DNA of 64,000 nt from Octopus bimaculoides (lineage: Eukaryota), in NCBI RefSeq assembly GCF_001194135.2, contig NC_068997.1:7742496-7806495 (forward strand). The letters run 5' to 3'. Of the stretch, positions 48,521-62,731 are shown piece after piece. Each line of letters begins with the position of its first letter. The first letter of the stretch is position 1. Position numbers and translations under genes: made by a program. The notes under the pieces are model-generated. The model made no database searches. It worked only from the letters and a program-made list of their open reading frames with translations, and was not told where the DNA came from.

Positions 48521-50101
48521 TAATTCCCTTCTTTAACAAGACATGGTGCATTTTAGAATCCCTCAAACCACACCTGAAAATGGTAATCTTTCCTGTTTTA
48601 AAAGATCTTCATTGACCATACATTACTAATCTATAAGCTGCTTTCTGCTCATAGTAAACACAAAATTCTTCACTTCGATTTAATTCCAAAGAAACCATTC
48701 TGTATACCCTTAATAAATAATCCATTTTCTTAACTTCCTCTCAAATTATTCATTCCAACATCACCCTCACCAACATCGTCCACAACTGGGTTTTTTTAAC
48801 TCTTACTAAAAATACATATTTTTTTCTTCAGACACAGTTTTTATTTCTCTTTCCTATATAAGTGCATACTTTTGATTATTTTAAAAGAAAACATCAACAA
48901 AGTTATTTCAATCTGAACTGCCCAACTACAGCTGCCGAAATAAAAAGAAAAAGAAAAAAAAAGCCCAAAAAACCATGGTGAATTAGCATCAACATTCAAA
49001 GAATAAACAAAAAGGATCAACAACCCTGAACTATATAATCTAGAACTATGGATGGCTGTTAAACATTTTCATAAATACTTTATTTATTTATTCAATTACT
49101 TAATTCTTCAGCTCACTCTGCCCTTCACCTAATTCCACTTTCAAACAAAGAATATTTTCTTTTAAACTTTCCTTTCCACTGCCAACATCAAAACCTTCAC
49201 TAACACTGCCAGAAAATATTACAAACACAAACAACAAAAAGAAAGGAAAGAGACAGACCTCTTAAAATAGTTTCTAATTGAGTAAGAATAACATTTTGGT
49301 TAAGGGGAAAAAAATTAATTTATTAATGAATTCTTAGACAAGCACAAGGTCTCAGATTTTTAGGAGAGACGAGATTTCATGATATTCATGCCTTTTTTTT
49401 CTTTCCATTCCTATTTATCTTACTGTTCTGCTGTCATTGCTCCAGTGCATTTGTTTTTAATTAATTAGTCAGAAGTGGAACAGCACCTCTAGCCTCTTAG
49501 ACTCTCTCTCTCAGACTGTGTCAGATTGACGTGGTTCCTATTTCGCTTAAACTCCAAAAGACTGATGCTTGGAGAATTTCAGAAGACCAAGATGAGAGAG
49601 AGAATTTTAGAAGACGATTAAGTAAATTGTTTAATGCAGGATTGAGAGAATGAGACAAAGTATGGCTGACAAGATGGTTACATGAAAGGGATCAGGGTTC
49701 ATAGAGAATTCAACGTAAGAGAAACAACATATTGACCTGTGAACCAGTTGTTGATTGAGCCTTTCTCAATTCAGGTCTTTAGATGTGATACAGGGTGGTG
49801 TGTGTGTGTGTGTGCGTGTGTGTGTGTGTGTAAGCAGAACACCATCGTAAATATATGAAATGAGAGAGAGAGAGAGGGTGAGAGAGGGTATGAGGGAGGG
49901 AGGGCTGAGAGAGAGGGGTTGAGAGAGTGAGATACTTGAGCTTTGCAGACAGTAGGTCAAGTTTGAAGTATTTTGTGGCCTTGATGAAGAAGCTTAGCTT
50001 TAAGGATGAAGTTTCGGCCTGATGTTACAATGGACAATCATTAGAGATTGTGGAAACTGGCATTAGTAGTGGTTTCAAAAGCTTTAGCTGTAGATTATAA
50101 A

Positions 50102-50493
50102 CGCAGGAGTGGCTGTGTGGTAAGTAGCTTGCTTACCTACCACATGGTTCCAGGTTCAGTCCCACTGCGTGGCACCTTGGGCAAGTGTCTTCTACTATAG
50201 CCTCAGGCCGACCAAAGCCTTGTGAGTGGATTTGGTAGACGGAAACTGAAAGAAGCCTGTCGTATATATGTATATATATATATGTATGTGTGTGTGTTTG
50301 TGTCTGTGCTTGTCCCCCCACTATCGCTTGACAACCGATGCTGATGTATTTATGTCCCCGTAACTTGGCGGTTCGGCAAAAAGAGACCGATAGAATAAGT
50401 ACTAGGCTTACAAAGAATAAGTCCTGGGGTCGACTTTCTCGACTAAAGGCAGTGCTCCAGCATGGCTGCAGTCAAATGACTGAAACAAGTAAA
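50102..50493 (+). mobile_element. SINE family A, full-length copy
   Basis: As above. Partial copies at ~22812-22973(-), 31505-31690(+), 32375-32563(+), 34894-35058(+), 41460-41637(-), 44598-44891(+), 54588-54930(-), 60926-61092(+), 61797-62020(+). Confidence 0.9.
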
Positions 50494-52439
50494 CGATTAT
50501 AAACAGATACAATGCATTTACATGTGGTCCATTTAGATGGGGTTTTTTTTCTTTGAGACTTTTTTTTTTCATGAAAGCAAAGCATGTTTGGCATGGAGGA
50601 TCCCAGTTACTTAACAGATGACACTTACAGACAGAATCTTTAAGAGGAATAAGATGCAAAATCATCTGTAAATGAGTGTGTGATTAAAAGTGATAGCAAG
50701 GTCATTAATGAATAGAAGGAAAAGTAAGGTAGATATAATTAACTGGAATTTTAAGATACAACAGAGATCATGGAAAATGGACCAGAGAGAATACGATTAG
50801 CAAATGCTGAAATAAAGTTATAATGGTAAATTTCTGAGACGAGAGATTTATGTTGTCTGCATAGAAGCAACTTAGAAGATTCTCAAACCAGAAATGTTGA
50901 AAGGTTTTGTTGTTTTTTTTTCGTTTGGTCTCTGTGAGTCTTGGGCAGCCTGCTGGAGCTTAGCAGCAGGTATAAAAAGGGGAATTTGACAAGACAGTCA
51001 GTCGGACGCTGACACTCATTGATGCTGCATCGAAGAGGCCAGGGAATAGAAGAAAGAAGACATGCACCCAACACCAGAGCTGAAGACACCTCCGAAAGGG
51101 GGGAGCCCCGCCACGTCAAAACAGTAGAGGAGTAGGGGCCGAAACCGGATGTGGTTCCTCCTGATGATGTCTTGAGCTAACTGGATCCGATAAAGGAGCT
51201 GTTGTGTTGTGGTAGCAGACCACGAAACATGGAATTCCTTAACCTTATATGACTTTAATCATCAAAGACATTTTAAATGTGATCATTCCATTTTTTTTTT
51301 ATGGAATGTCTTTGATGTCAAGAGTAACAGGACTACTTTTGCTGAAGTTCTCAAGGGCAAGAGTCTGGTGATGTTTGTGCCACCATTCTATAAATTTGAT
51401 CCTGTAAAAGCATATAGTTATAAAATTCCAGCCAGGCCTAAAACACTAAACCGCATTAACAGATCAGCAAAGTGAAGCACTGCATAGCATTTTCCTCCTT
51501 CTTTGATAAACAGAGTTGTTAAGGTGAACTTGTGTGTAAACTCACATGTCTAGCTCATTGTGAAAAGTAAATAGACTTGTTAAAACATGTTTTTCACTGT
51601 GTGACCAGAAAAAGAACATCTGACAGATTAGTTTCAATGTTCCTGCCATTTAACTAGGGGTCAGTTGCTTGTATTTCTGACCACAGAGAAAATGGTAGCT
51701 TAGAGTTAATTATATTATACACAAATCCAGATATAAATTGATCTGTCCTAATTTGCAAAACAGTATCTTTCTTTTTTAAATTGCTGAGTAATGCTTTCTT
51801 TTCTATAACAACAAACTCATTAAGCTCTGGTATGGTCAATGACCATAACAAAGGAAACGTCTCTTCCATTACTGAACTTGTGCTCACCAGAGTTTGCTCC
51901 TGCCATCACCAAACTCTTCATTTTCTTGTAATGCTGCCTTTTCTATTTGTACCAAAACAATATCTATCAGTGAAAGTCATGCCAACACATCATCGGAAGA
52001 ACATCAACAGTTCTGGAACCCTCTTACTTTTTTCATATCATTTTTCTTTTTTTTATTTTCTTTCTCACACAGCCATGGTAAACAGCTATAGAAACATATT
52101 CTTACGTGACCACAACTCCAGCTTGTTCCACATCAATGAAAAAAAATTCTGGTTTGATAGAATAAATCCAGCCTCTATGAAACAGCAACAACATTCATCA
52201 CTGAAGAACAAGCCATCATCATTATTGAAATGAATATAGACAATTCCAACAACATAGAAGACAAATGTCTTGCCTAAGGTGTATTTTGGGAAACAATAAA
52301 CCTGTCATCTTGGCCAAGTGTCTTTTCCTACAGCCCTGGGTTAACCTAAGCCTTGTGAGTGGCACTGGATAAATGGAAACTGTATGGAAGCCCCTCAGAT
52401 GAACTGTTAAAAGGTCCAGCCTCATCATGCTGATTCTCT

Positions 52440-52860
52440 CAAGGATTAAGAGTGTCTGCTTGAATTAGTGTGCAAGTGGTTGAATATTCCAGAGCAGATA
52501 ATTCAGCTGAGGAAGCAGCTGAATAATCCAGACTGAAACCAATGGAGATACATTTACAGTGCATTGTTATGAAGATGTAGAATATAACTGGAACCCTGTT
52601 GGTTATGAGGACAAAGGTTCCAGTTGATCTGATCAACGGAACAGCTGGTTCAGGAAATAAACACGTAAGCGGCTGAGTACTCCGCAGACACATATGCCCT
52701 TAACATAGTTCTCAGAAAGATTCAGCATGACACAGAATGTGACAAAGAATGGAGCAATGTGAAATTAAGTGTCTTGCTCAAGGACACTATGAGCCACTGG
52801 GAATTGAACTCACAACGACTGAGTTGTGAGTTAAATACCCCAACCACTAGGCCACACACA
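52440..52860 (-). mobile_element. tRNA-derived SINE, diverged
   Basis: Reverse complement begins with a tRNA-like head (tggcctagtggttgggg...gagttcaattccc) followed by ccttgagcaagacactt. Confidence 0.6.
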
Positions 52861-52935
52861 CTTTTACTCTGCAAAATATACTTTTGGAGATTGAATAACA
52901 TAGCAAAGCTGGAAAATTACTGTTTGTAAATCTCA

Positions 52936-53145
52936 CAACATAACATGGCAGTCCTGGTTTAGGACGAATGTTGCTGTAATTTAGCCCCAGGAGACATCAT
53001 CTCCAGCTGCCTATATAACACGATCTGTGTCCTTATATTTTCAAACAAGGGAATCTAGCACTCCCACTCTCCAGCTGGAGACGATTTCTCCTGGGGTTAA
53101 ATGACAGCAACATTCGTCCTAAACCAGGACTGCCATGTTATGTTG
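52936..53145. mobile_element. MITE with ~74-bp terminal inverted repeats
   Basis: Arms 52936-53009 and 53072-53145 are near-perfect reverse complements; no clear TSD seen. Confidence 0.8.
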
Positions 53146-53758
53146 GCAAACAATCTTTACTCCATAGCAAAGCCGATTCATGTTTGCCTAATTTGCATGC
53201 CTTTTCAATACTCTTATGAACCTCCACATCTAAAAATATATGACAATATGAGAATAATATAGAACAGCAACATACCAACAGACAAATACAGACATGAGCA
53301 TTATTTTCCATTACACAAAAAATGATGATAGAGTGTATTAATAATTGACAATACCAAATGACTAGAATGTTGTGTAGAGATGAGCTGAAAAGCCAAGGAA
53401 TTGCTCTGACCTAATTGTTAAATTGAAAATGTTATGGCACTTAAGGAATGTGTTCTCTAGCATTCCATTTGTAATTAGTACAAATGGAATACACAACCAC
53501 TTTTTAAAAGACAGATTACCAATAAGGACAGACATCAGCACATTCCAGGAAATAGAAATATGTGGGGATTCATAAATATTATTTAGGCAGGTCTTCACAC
53601 AACGTTTGTTACCCGGAGACGTATTTGTGTAGATTTTCTGAATCCTTTTTCATGTAAGAAATGAAACTTTTGCTAGATTTCACAACCGATGAATTTATAA
53701 AAATTGCAAGAAGAATTATGATTATAATTATTATTGTTGTTAGTTAGTTATACTTTAC

Positions 53759-53908
53759 CAGCAATAGATAATGTTGCGAGTTTAAATTCCGATCCATGAA
53801 ATATCACAAAGCACAAATTCTTGTCTGCTTTTCTAGCTTCATCAGCCCATTTCTCAAAATCTTTGGAGTTTTTTCCGGGTCGTATTTCTTTCACTTCCCT
53901 CAAGTCAA
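53759..53908 (-). CDS. PLCG: PLC-gamma exon, PH domain (VDLREVKEIRPGKNSKDFEKW...KLATLSIA), 150 nt, phase 1-1
   Basis: Poly-U tract then ag|TTGACTTG at the start, GCTG|gtaaag at the end; matches the PLC-gamma IDIREIKEIRPGK motif. Confidence 0.95.
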
Positions 53909-54119
53909 CTAAAAAAAGGAAAAAAAAAAAAAAAAAATGCAACATGATATAATGTGAATAAAACAAAGTAAAGAAAAAGAATAAAGATATAAAAAAAAAA
54001 CAAGAACAAAACTAAATAATGCAGAGAATAAAATTGAATTTACAAGTCTAAGTAAAAATACAAAGACATGAACAGTGATATGTAAACAAGGCAGAATACA
54101 TGATACAGAGAGAGAGAGG

Positions 54120-54172
<53 letters not shown>

Positions 54173-54997
54173 TGTCAATGGAGGATCAACAGCCAGAGAA
54201 AGAAGCAGTGGTGAAAGGAAGAGGAGGGTGACATAGGGGGGGTTAGGTTAAATGGTCTTCGGTCAAAATTACTATCATTACTATAATTGCCACCATTAAT
54301 TACATAGAAAGAAGCAACAAGAGAATCTTTATGCAGTTGTTTGACCTGCTAGAAATAGCAACTAAATCTTCCCGNNNNNNNNNNACTGACTGAAAAAAAA
54401 GAAAAGGAAGTCTTGATGGCTATGGCTGGACTGTCTTTTGAACATAGTCTTGCTTGACCAATACTGACTGACCTTGAAAAACAAACAATGAACCAAGAAA
54501 GGAATCTCTATGCCGCTGGGGCGGGGGGGGGGCGTCAAACACCAGACCCGTGCCTGGATCCCTGCAGCCATGCTTAGGTTCACCTGTCTTTTGTCTCGGT
54601 CACTAGACTGTGGCCATGCTGGGGCACCACTTCGGCGGGTTTAGTTGGACAAATCAACCCCAGGACTTCTTTCTTTTTGTAATGCTTCCTACTTAGTCTA
54701 TTGGTTTCTTTTTGCCAAACTGCTAAGTCACATAAACAAATCAAGACTGGTTGTCAAGTGGTGATGGAAAACAAACACACACACCGTATCTCTTTTACTC
54801 TTTTACTTGTTTCAGTCATTTGACTGTGGCCATGCTGGAGCACTGCCTTTAGTTGAGCAAATCGACCCCAGGACTTATTCTTTGTAAGCCTAGTACTTAT
54901 TTTATCACTCTTTTGCTGAACCGCTAACTTGTATGGAAGTTTATTGTCATTTTCAATTCTACAAAACTCTTTAAAATTCATTCTCTGCTTTAATCAC

Positions 54998-55226
54998 TTA
55001 ACCCTTTCGTTACTGTATTTCTGTTGAGATGCTCTGTGCTTCTTTCAATTACTTTAAATATAACAAAGAATTTAGTAAAATAACTTAGTTATCATTCAGC
55101 TAGTGTTAGGAACATAAATTGTGACTAATGTTTGGGGGAAGATTTTCATTCAGAACTTATGAAAACAAGACATTTATACCACAGAGCCAGAGGTGGCTTT
55201 AGCCAGGTTCATAATGAAAGGGCTAA
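54998..55226. mobile_element. Second piggyBac-like MITE
   Basis: ttaa|ccctttcgtt ... aatgaaaggg|ctaa termini. Confidence 0.6.
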
Positions 55227-55689
55227 TGAATTCTTCATTAAAAATAACCAACTGAAACCATCCACCTCTGCCAATATATTGCACATCCAGGTTTCGGTTC
55301 AAGTAATCCTAATGCATATCCTGTTTTGCCTTGTCTTTTTTAAAATGCATTTCATCATATATTTATTTAATTTCAGTTTTTCCTGATGAAACAACTATAA
55401 ACAACAACTAAAAAAAGAGAAATCAGCAAAAACACTTGAACAACATTTGAAATGTCATCAACAACAACAAGAACAACAAAAGCAACCAGTTATTCTATGA
55501 AATATTAATTAGGAGGAAAACATCTGCAGGAGATGGAAAATTAATAAATGAAAAAAAAAAACCCCACACCAAATAATAAAGCTATCAGATTATATAATTA
55601 TTTATTTCTAAAATACTAAAAACCTTACATTGTACAAATGTTTATTCATTTCAAGAGAAAAAAAAACATACAATCTACCAAGCCACCAT

Positions 55690-56270
55690 TGGAAATCTAG
55701 TCATACTCAAAAGGGCTGCTACCATCCACATTAGCACAACGAAAGGGAGAGATTGAACAGATGCTGAAGCAGAGGCAAGTAGATGTGGTTGCATGCAAGT
55801 GGTAAGATGGAGGTGAGCCTCAGCCATACATCTCACAGGCAAGAAATGAAACCTTGAATTCTTTTCAATGGGAAACAGTGATGGATTGAATGGAATAGGC
55901 ATGTTATCAGAGAAATGGTAAGAAAAAATAAATGAAGTAGTTTGAGTGTAACAGAATAATAACTTAGCTTCGATTAATTATGGACAATAAGACAGTAATA
56001 ATAATGCACACACAGACACACACCACAACCAAGATGACTACATGAAGGGAAGGACTGCTTTGATGAAGACGAACTAAAAGTGAATGACAACAATCTCATT
56101 ATGATACTTGGTAATTTTAATGGGTGTATTGGTAACACAATTAAAGCTTCTCCGATATATATAATGGTTGCAAATATGGTATGAGAAATGAGGAGGGATC
56201 AAGGTCACTGGAGTTCTGTGACACAATCTAAACATTGGCAACTTTAAACCAACCATGGCTTGGAAAAAAC
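55690..56270 (+). mobile_element. RTE-clade APE endonuclease fragments, degraded
   Basis: EIEQMLKQRQVDV...VRWR...GNSDGLNGIGM and YGMRNEEGSRSLEFCD pieces across frames. Confidence 0.7.
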
Positions 56271-57773
56271 CACCATGCTTAGCATTTGTCAACCAGGAAA
56301 AGGGTTCTAGCAATGAAAAGAAAAAGAGAAAAGAAGAAGAAAAAAAACAGTCAAAAATCTTTGAAGAGATTTGCTGATTCAGTTATCCTTTATTATTACT
56401 AGTGTCTAATTTATCAAATGAAGAGAATCAAAAAGAAAGAAAAAAAAAGAAAAGTGGGGATGGGGGATTTTTAACCTAAATAGAAAATCGTTTTAAATCC
56501 ATGAAATTACTGAAAATGATAAAATATCAAATCTTGCTCTCTCTCTCTCTCTCTCTCTGTTGACTCCATAACACTTAACAATAAAGACAATAAAATCATC
56601 AATGCCTAAGATAATTAATTGGGAAGTGGGTCTAGTGGTGCAATGATTTAAATGGCCATCCTGCAGGACAAACAGTTGAGGGCTGTATTAAGCAGATCCC
56701 CATCAAGTGTCCTTCTTATTAATGTCCAAATGAGAAGCAAGCAGCTCTATAGAGTGGATTCTATAGAATTGCAGGCAAAGCCTTTTCAAAAAGAAACCAG
56801 AGTCAAGCATGCAGCTTATATTGTACAAGAGAAATGCAGAAAGACCCTGTTGTTTAGTTCCAGGCGAACTCTGATCAAGCAGACCCATGATCAAAGACAT
56901 TCCAGTTGTGATCATCCAGTCTTTTTCTATTGGCAGGAAATCTAAGACCACATTGTGCAACATGGCATTTTACCAAGATGATTGGGTGTAATATGAGAAG
57001 AAATAAGCTATCTTCAACAGGTCCAGTGACCATGTAAAGGCATTTCTCATTGGTTGAAGGTTCTGTTGAGAAAATGGTAGAATGTGAGAGATTTGTAGAT
57101 GATAAAGGAATAATATGTGTGGCTTGTGAGTGTGTAAAGGAGTGGTGGATAAGGTCAAAGTTACACCAATTCTCTCGACCAGGAAGTGAGTTAATGTTTT
57201 AGGAACAAAATTGTGTGAATTGCTCAAAACATTTTGTTACATTTTTTGATGTATCCTTGTTTGTTTATTGTGTATGTATTTAATGTTTACAGAGGGCAGA
57301 GGAAGGCCAGAATATGAAACAGTTTCGTAGAAAGAATATATATTGATTTATATTGCAAAAACAATGTCATCTGAGAGCAACCTTTCATTTGGCCTTGTGT
57401 CATGGTAATAATAAATATGCTGAGATTAAGTAAGGTTACGCCATTAGAAACTGGATCTATAATAAACACACCCTTTTCTTTTAAGATAACCCATTTCTCT
57501 TGCTCTTTCTTTCTTCTATTATTCACAACGGAATAAATTTAAATAAAAGCTTGCCTTTTCTTATATCTGAAAATTACATATATATACATATATATATATA
57601 TAAAATTTTTAAATATTTATATAGAGAGACAGACTGGTGGATAGAGAATCAGCATAGTTTTGTGGTTAAACCGTTTGCTTTATAGCTGAAGGGGTTTGGG
57701 TTCAATTCCACAGCAGAGCCCTTTGAGCAAAGAATCATTTAATGAAGCTTTGGCTGACCAACACCTCAGACAG

Positions 57774-57841
57774 AAACTGTTCAAATTTATTATTCTTAAA
57801 CTGTTCAAATTTATTATTCTTAAACTGTTCAAATTTATTAT
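57774..57841. repeat. 24-bp tandem repeat, ~2.8 copies (aaactgttcaaatttattattctt)
   Basis: Read directly from sequence. Confidence 0.9.
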
Positions 57842-60721
57842 ATGTAATATGTGTGTATAAATACACACACACACACACACACATAAAGAGAAAGAAAGAA
57901 GAATCATCCTCAATGCTTAAAATGAAGTAGATTTTGGTCGAACATTAACAGAGATATAACAGTAATAGCTTGTAGTATTTAATTTAGCTTCTAACATTCT
58001 GAGTTCAAATCCAACTTAAGTTAAATCTGCCTTTCATCTTTGTAGAATTGATAAATAAGATATCGATCGAGGGCAGAGGGCTGGCAGAAATGGTAAAGCA
58101 TCAAACTGCTGTCATGTGTTATTAGTTCTGGGTCTTGCACTCTGAGCTGAAATTCTGCTACGAACAGCCATTAACACCACCACCTGGTCATTGGACACTT
58201 TAGCAGAGTCCACTCTGTTGCAGGCATTTGGACCAGGGCACTGGCTTGATGATAGCATCACTCCCTCCCTCCCACCAGTCTCATAAACCTGTAATGGGTC
58301 AGGGAACACTGCCCTTCCTCTAGAACATAAAATGATGAAAATAAAAATCAAGGTAGATAAGTTCATTGTATTGCTCTAACCCACAGCAAGAGACCTGTAT
58401 GAAACATGTTAGAAACACATGAATCACAAATCAGTCATGTCACAACACACCTTCAAGAGGATGTGAACTCATGACCCACCAACCAATGAGTCAATTGTTA
58501 GGTAGCTTATCTGTTCAGGAATTTCTGATCACAAATAAATAAACAGAGTCTCTATGTGGTTCCCTCAATCTGCTAGAAATAGCAGTCAAATCTCTCACAT
58601 CATATATTATTTTCCTTAACAAAAAAAAACAAAAAAACATTGAATAGTATGGTTTGTGATACGCTGTTCCTGAAAACAAGACAAGATGGTCACATGTGGA
58701 AGGCTGCTCAGTCAGGAGTTGTCATGACTGGAATTCATTTGTTCATACAGTCTTCTCAATCAGAGCTGACCAATGGCTAAACAACAACAATACCTCGAAT
58801 GAGAAATATGTCTAGAGTTGCTCAGCCTGCTAGAAACAGCAACCAAAATTACTTCAACTCATATTCTACCATCTTGAGAAAGAAAAGTCACACTGAACAA
58901 TGTAGTGAAAGATCAGCTATGGCGCCAGAATGTCTGGTCGTGGCTGAAACATCTTGGGCCATAGATGTAGCCAATCAGGGTTGGTCGGGGTCTGAAGGAG
59001 GAGTGTGACAATGACAATATATTTGAAATCTTTTTCCTTTCCAAATGAAAATCAAAGAATTTTATTTTTCCCAAATATGCAAATTTAGTTTAGAAAAAGC
59101 AATATTTTCCAATGCAATATTTAAAACCTCATTTGAATAGGGGACCAAGGCATATATTTAAAAATCCCAATTTCGTCCTGATGAAACAGATCTCTGGTCA
59201 AAAGGTGCTCCAGAGTTAACAAAACCATCTTTTTGTATATATAGGACACCATTTACCTAATGTGCCCATCTTGTTTTCAGATTGTAGGGTGAGTTTAACG
59301 GGAAATAGGCTGCTGTTTTCAAAAGCTCCAATAACATATAGCTTCTCTTGTTAGTTTTGTCATTGTTCATATTGCTGCTTTTAACCACAGGTCAACCCTG
59401 ATTGAGCCACGACCAGCCAGTTTTTTTTTTGTTTAGCAGTATCAAGGAGTACAATATGTATTGAACACTTTCTTTTATTAACGAATGTCAGATGTGGTTT
59501 GATAGAAGTTTGGCTGATATTTCTAGCATTTCTTGTAGTCACTAAGCGAGTCCATGGTTCCCTACAGAACACAAACTGATCTAAACTCATGAACTTCAAC
59601 TTCCACCTGTACTGGGTGCCACATATGAAGCACCCTTTGTACATTCTGTAAAGTGGTTGGCATTAGGTAGGGTGTCCAGCCATAGAGATCACACCTGAGC
59701 AGACAATGGAGCCTGGTACAGCTCTGGTTTGCCAGCTCCTGTCAAACCATTCAACCCGTGCTAGTATGAAAAAAGGGCACTACGTGATGATGATGATGAT
59801 GATGATGATGGTGGGCACCAAATTTTGTAATATTAACTACCATCTATCATGCTGCCATGTATATGTAACATATTAAGCATAGACTTGTGCATGGGTTGGC
59901 CTTAATCGAATGACAAATGGTAATAATCAACCTTGTCACGATTTGAAATTAAAACAAAGAATGTGGTTGGCGGGTGAACTACACGTTGTACGACATTCAA
60001 TCCAGCAACAGACTAGCTCGAAACAGTAACTTGATACTGATTTGAATGTATGTTAAAATGATGAGTGACAAACAGAGTAACAACACTTCAAACGTAATAG
60101 AATAGTTCCAAACACACCTTACAGGCATTCAGCTATTCTGTTGACATGAAGCCACTAAACTATGGATGGTGAAGACAGAAAGCATCCCTGGTCAGAGGAG
60201 ATACGTTTGCCTGCTAAGTTAACTACATCTCTATTCCACCCGTTACCAAATATATTCAATTCCTCAACTAAGACAGTAAAAGAAAGCAATTTTCTGAACT
60301 ATAAGAAAAAAAAGAAAAAAAAAAGAGGGGGGGGCTCACATTACACACCCAGCCGACCATTACCATAACAATTCCTTGCAGACATAACAAACTGCTCTCG
60401 TTTCAGTTTCTGACTGACTGTGTAAGAAAGAAGGGTGGAATATGGCTAGAGACACATCAATAGGGTCAGACGGAGCGGCATAGACAGAGAGACAAACAAA
60501 CAGATAGACGAATACACGCACACACACACACACACACATAAAGAGAGTTTAACAAATAAAGTTAGGCCGACAGATTCTCCTCAGTATATCTCAGCTAAAG
60601 AATATCCCCTAGAAAACCTGCCTCTTTTTCAGTGGTAACCTCCGCCCATTCCAGTTGTTATCGCATACACACTGTCTCATAAAATGTGTCCTTGATAGCG
60701 TTGGCGACAACACAAACTCAC

Positions 60722-60790
60722 CTAAATGTCTTCAGGTGTTACCATGAACTAAATCGATGCAAATTCCTCCCGGTTTAACCGGAAACACAA
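60722..60790 (-). promoter_or_regulatory. Candidate non-coding first exon / promoter of PLC-gamma
   Basis: Perfect TAG|gtgagt donor at 60721-60716; locally CpG-enriched, repeat-free; CCGGAAAC (ETS-like), ATTTGCAT octamer and ATCGAT nearby; GC box just inside the intron. The 5' end is a guess. Confidence 0.4.
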
Positions 60791-62339
60791 CCACCATCAC
60801 TACCACTGCTAGCACAATCCCAATCACCATCCTTAACTCCACACAATGATGTATATTGTTTCTAAACAGGCCCTACACACACTCACACATCATTTTATGT
60901 TAATTACATCCATAATTATAGGATAGGTGCAGGAGTGGCTGTGTGGTAAGAAGCTTGCTTCCCAACCACATGGTTCCAGGTTCAGTCCCACTGCGTGGCA
61001 CCTTGGACAAGTATCTTCTACTATAGTCTCGGGCCGACCAAAGCCTTGTGAGTGGATTTGATAGATGGAAACTGAAAGAAGCCCATCATATATATAAACA
61101 TTATATATATCATCATCATCCTCGTTTAACATCCATCGTTAATGCATGGGTAGGACAGTTGACAGGAGCCAACCAGGTAGAAAAACTACCCTAGGTTACT
61201 GTGTCTGTTTTGGCAGAGGTTTTACAGCTCAATGCCCTTCCTAACATCAACCACTCCACTGAGTGGACTCAGTGCTCTTTATGTGACACCAGCACAGGTG
61301 AGTTTAGTTTTGCCATGATTTTCACAGCTGGATGCCCTTCCAAATGCCAACCCCATTAGTATAGTCTGGATGCTTTTAACGTGGTACCAGCACTGGCAGG
61401 GGTCACCATGTAACTTTTGCAAGACAAGCAATTTTGAAAGGGGCTGAGAGAGGGTATTTGAGGAGGAGATCTTATGTCAGAGGTTGAAAGGTTAGAAGTG
61501 TGACAAACAGACAGAAGCAGGTATCTTGCCACAACAGAAGGGGCATTAGAGGTATCATATATAAATGAAGCTGTCAAGACATGACCAACTATCTTTTATT
61601 CTGACATAATATATCTAGAACAATTTATCTAATATAGCCTTCCTTTTAATAAATAGTAGAATTTAACTTGGAGATTTGGCTGCTAACTCTAGGAGATCAA
61701 CCAGAGGTTTCCTCATTATCAACAGTTAATCAAAAGTGCAAAAACTACTCAATAAATATTACTATGGAAAATGGATGCAAGATGTTCATGAAAATCATAC
61801 GTGTGCGTGTGTGTCTGCCTGTGTTTGTCCCCCCACCCACCACCATCGCTTGACACCGATGTTGGTGTGTTTACGTCCCCATAACTTTGCGGTTCGGCAA
61901 TAGGGAATGATAGAATAAGTACTAGGCTTACAAAGAATAAATCCTGGTGTCGATTTCTTCGACTAAAAGCGCTGCTCCAGCATGGCCGCAGTCAAATGAC
62001 TGAAGCTAGTAAAAGAATAAAACATCGCTAAGATGCTGGATTAATTAATCCTCAGCGTAGAGTGAATAAGAGCAAAAGGGCTGAATTTGTAACAAGGCCA
62101 TGACCGGTTTTTCCTAAAATGAGAGAAATGAAATAATAGTTTCGATCAACAAATCACAAGCAGGATGCGAACTCGGTTCACATAGAACCAAAATACGACG
62201 CCTAGTGTCATATTTGTAAAAACGGGGGATTTCTATTCGATTTCGAAAACATCTAAATTTAACGCCAGTTCTATAGCTGACTGGCACCTTAGATAATTTC
62301 CCAAACCAGATAAACCCATCCTCTGTATGTATGTATGTA

Positions 62340-62392
<53 letters not shown>

Positions 62393-62700
62393 NNNNNNNN
62401 NNNNNNNNNNNNNNNNNNNNNNNNNNNNNNNNNNNNNNNNNNNNNNNNNNNNNNNNNNNNNNNNNNNNNNNNNNNNNNNNNNNNNNNNNNNNNNNNNNNN
62501 NNNNNNNNNNNNNNNNNNNNNNNNNNNNNNNNNNNNNNNNNNNNNNNNNNNNNNNNNNNNNNNNNNNNNNNNNNNNNNNNNNNNNNNNNNNNNNNNNNNN
62601 NNNNNNNNNNNNNNNNNNNNNNNNNNNNNNNNNNNNNNNNNNNNNNNNNNNNNNNNNNNNNNNNNNNNNNNNNNNNNNNNNNNNNNNNNNNNNNNNNNNN

Positions 62701-62731
<31 letters not shown>

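Noticed and set aside
51209-52233. Nested intronic gene (ORFs 51209-51475, 51654-51887, 51781-52233)
   Set aside because: No recognisable domain; compositionally like intron or decayed TE sequence.
56652-56963. Nested protein-coding gene or the missing PLC-gamma exon in overlapping 86-97 aa ORFs
   Set aside because: No recognisable motif in the frames I read and no convincing splice signals.
59170-59230. Hammerhead from CTGATGA plus the ctctgg/ccagag stem
   Set aside because: No GAAA after the stem and no stem III.
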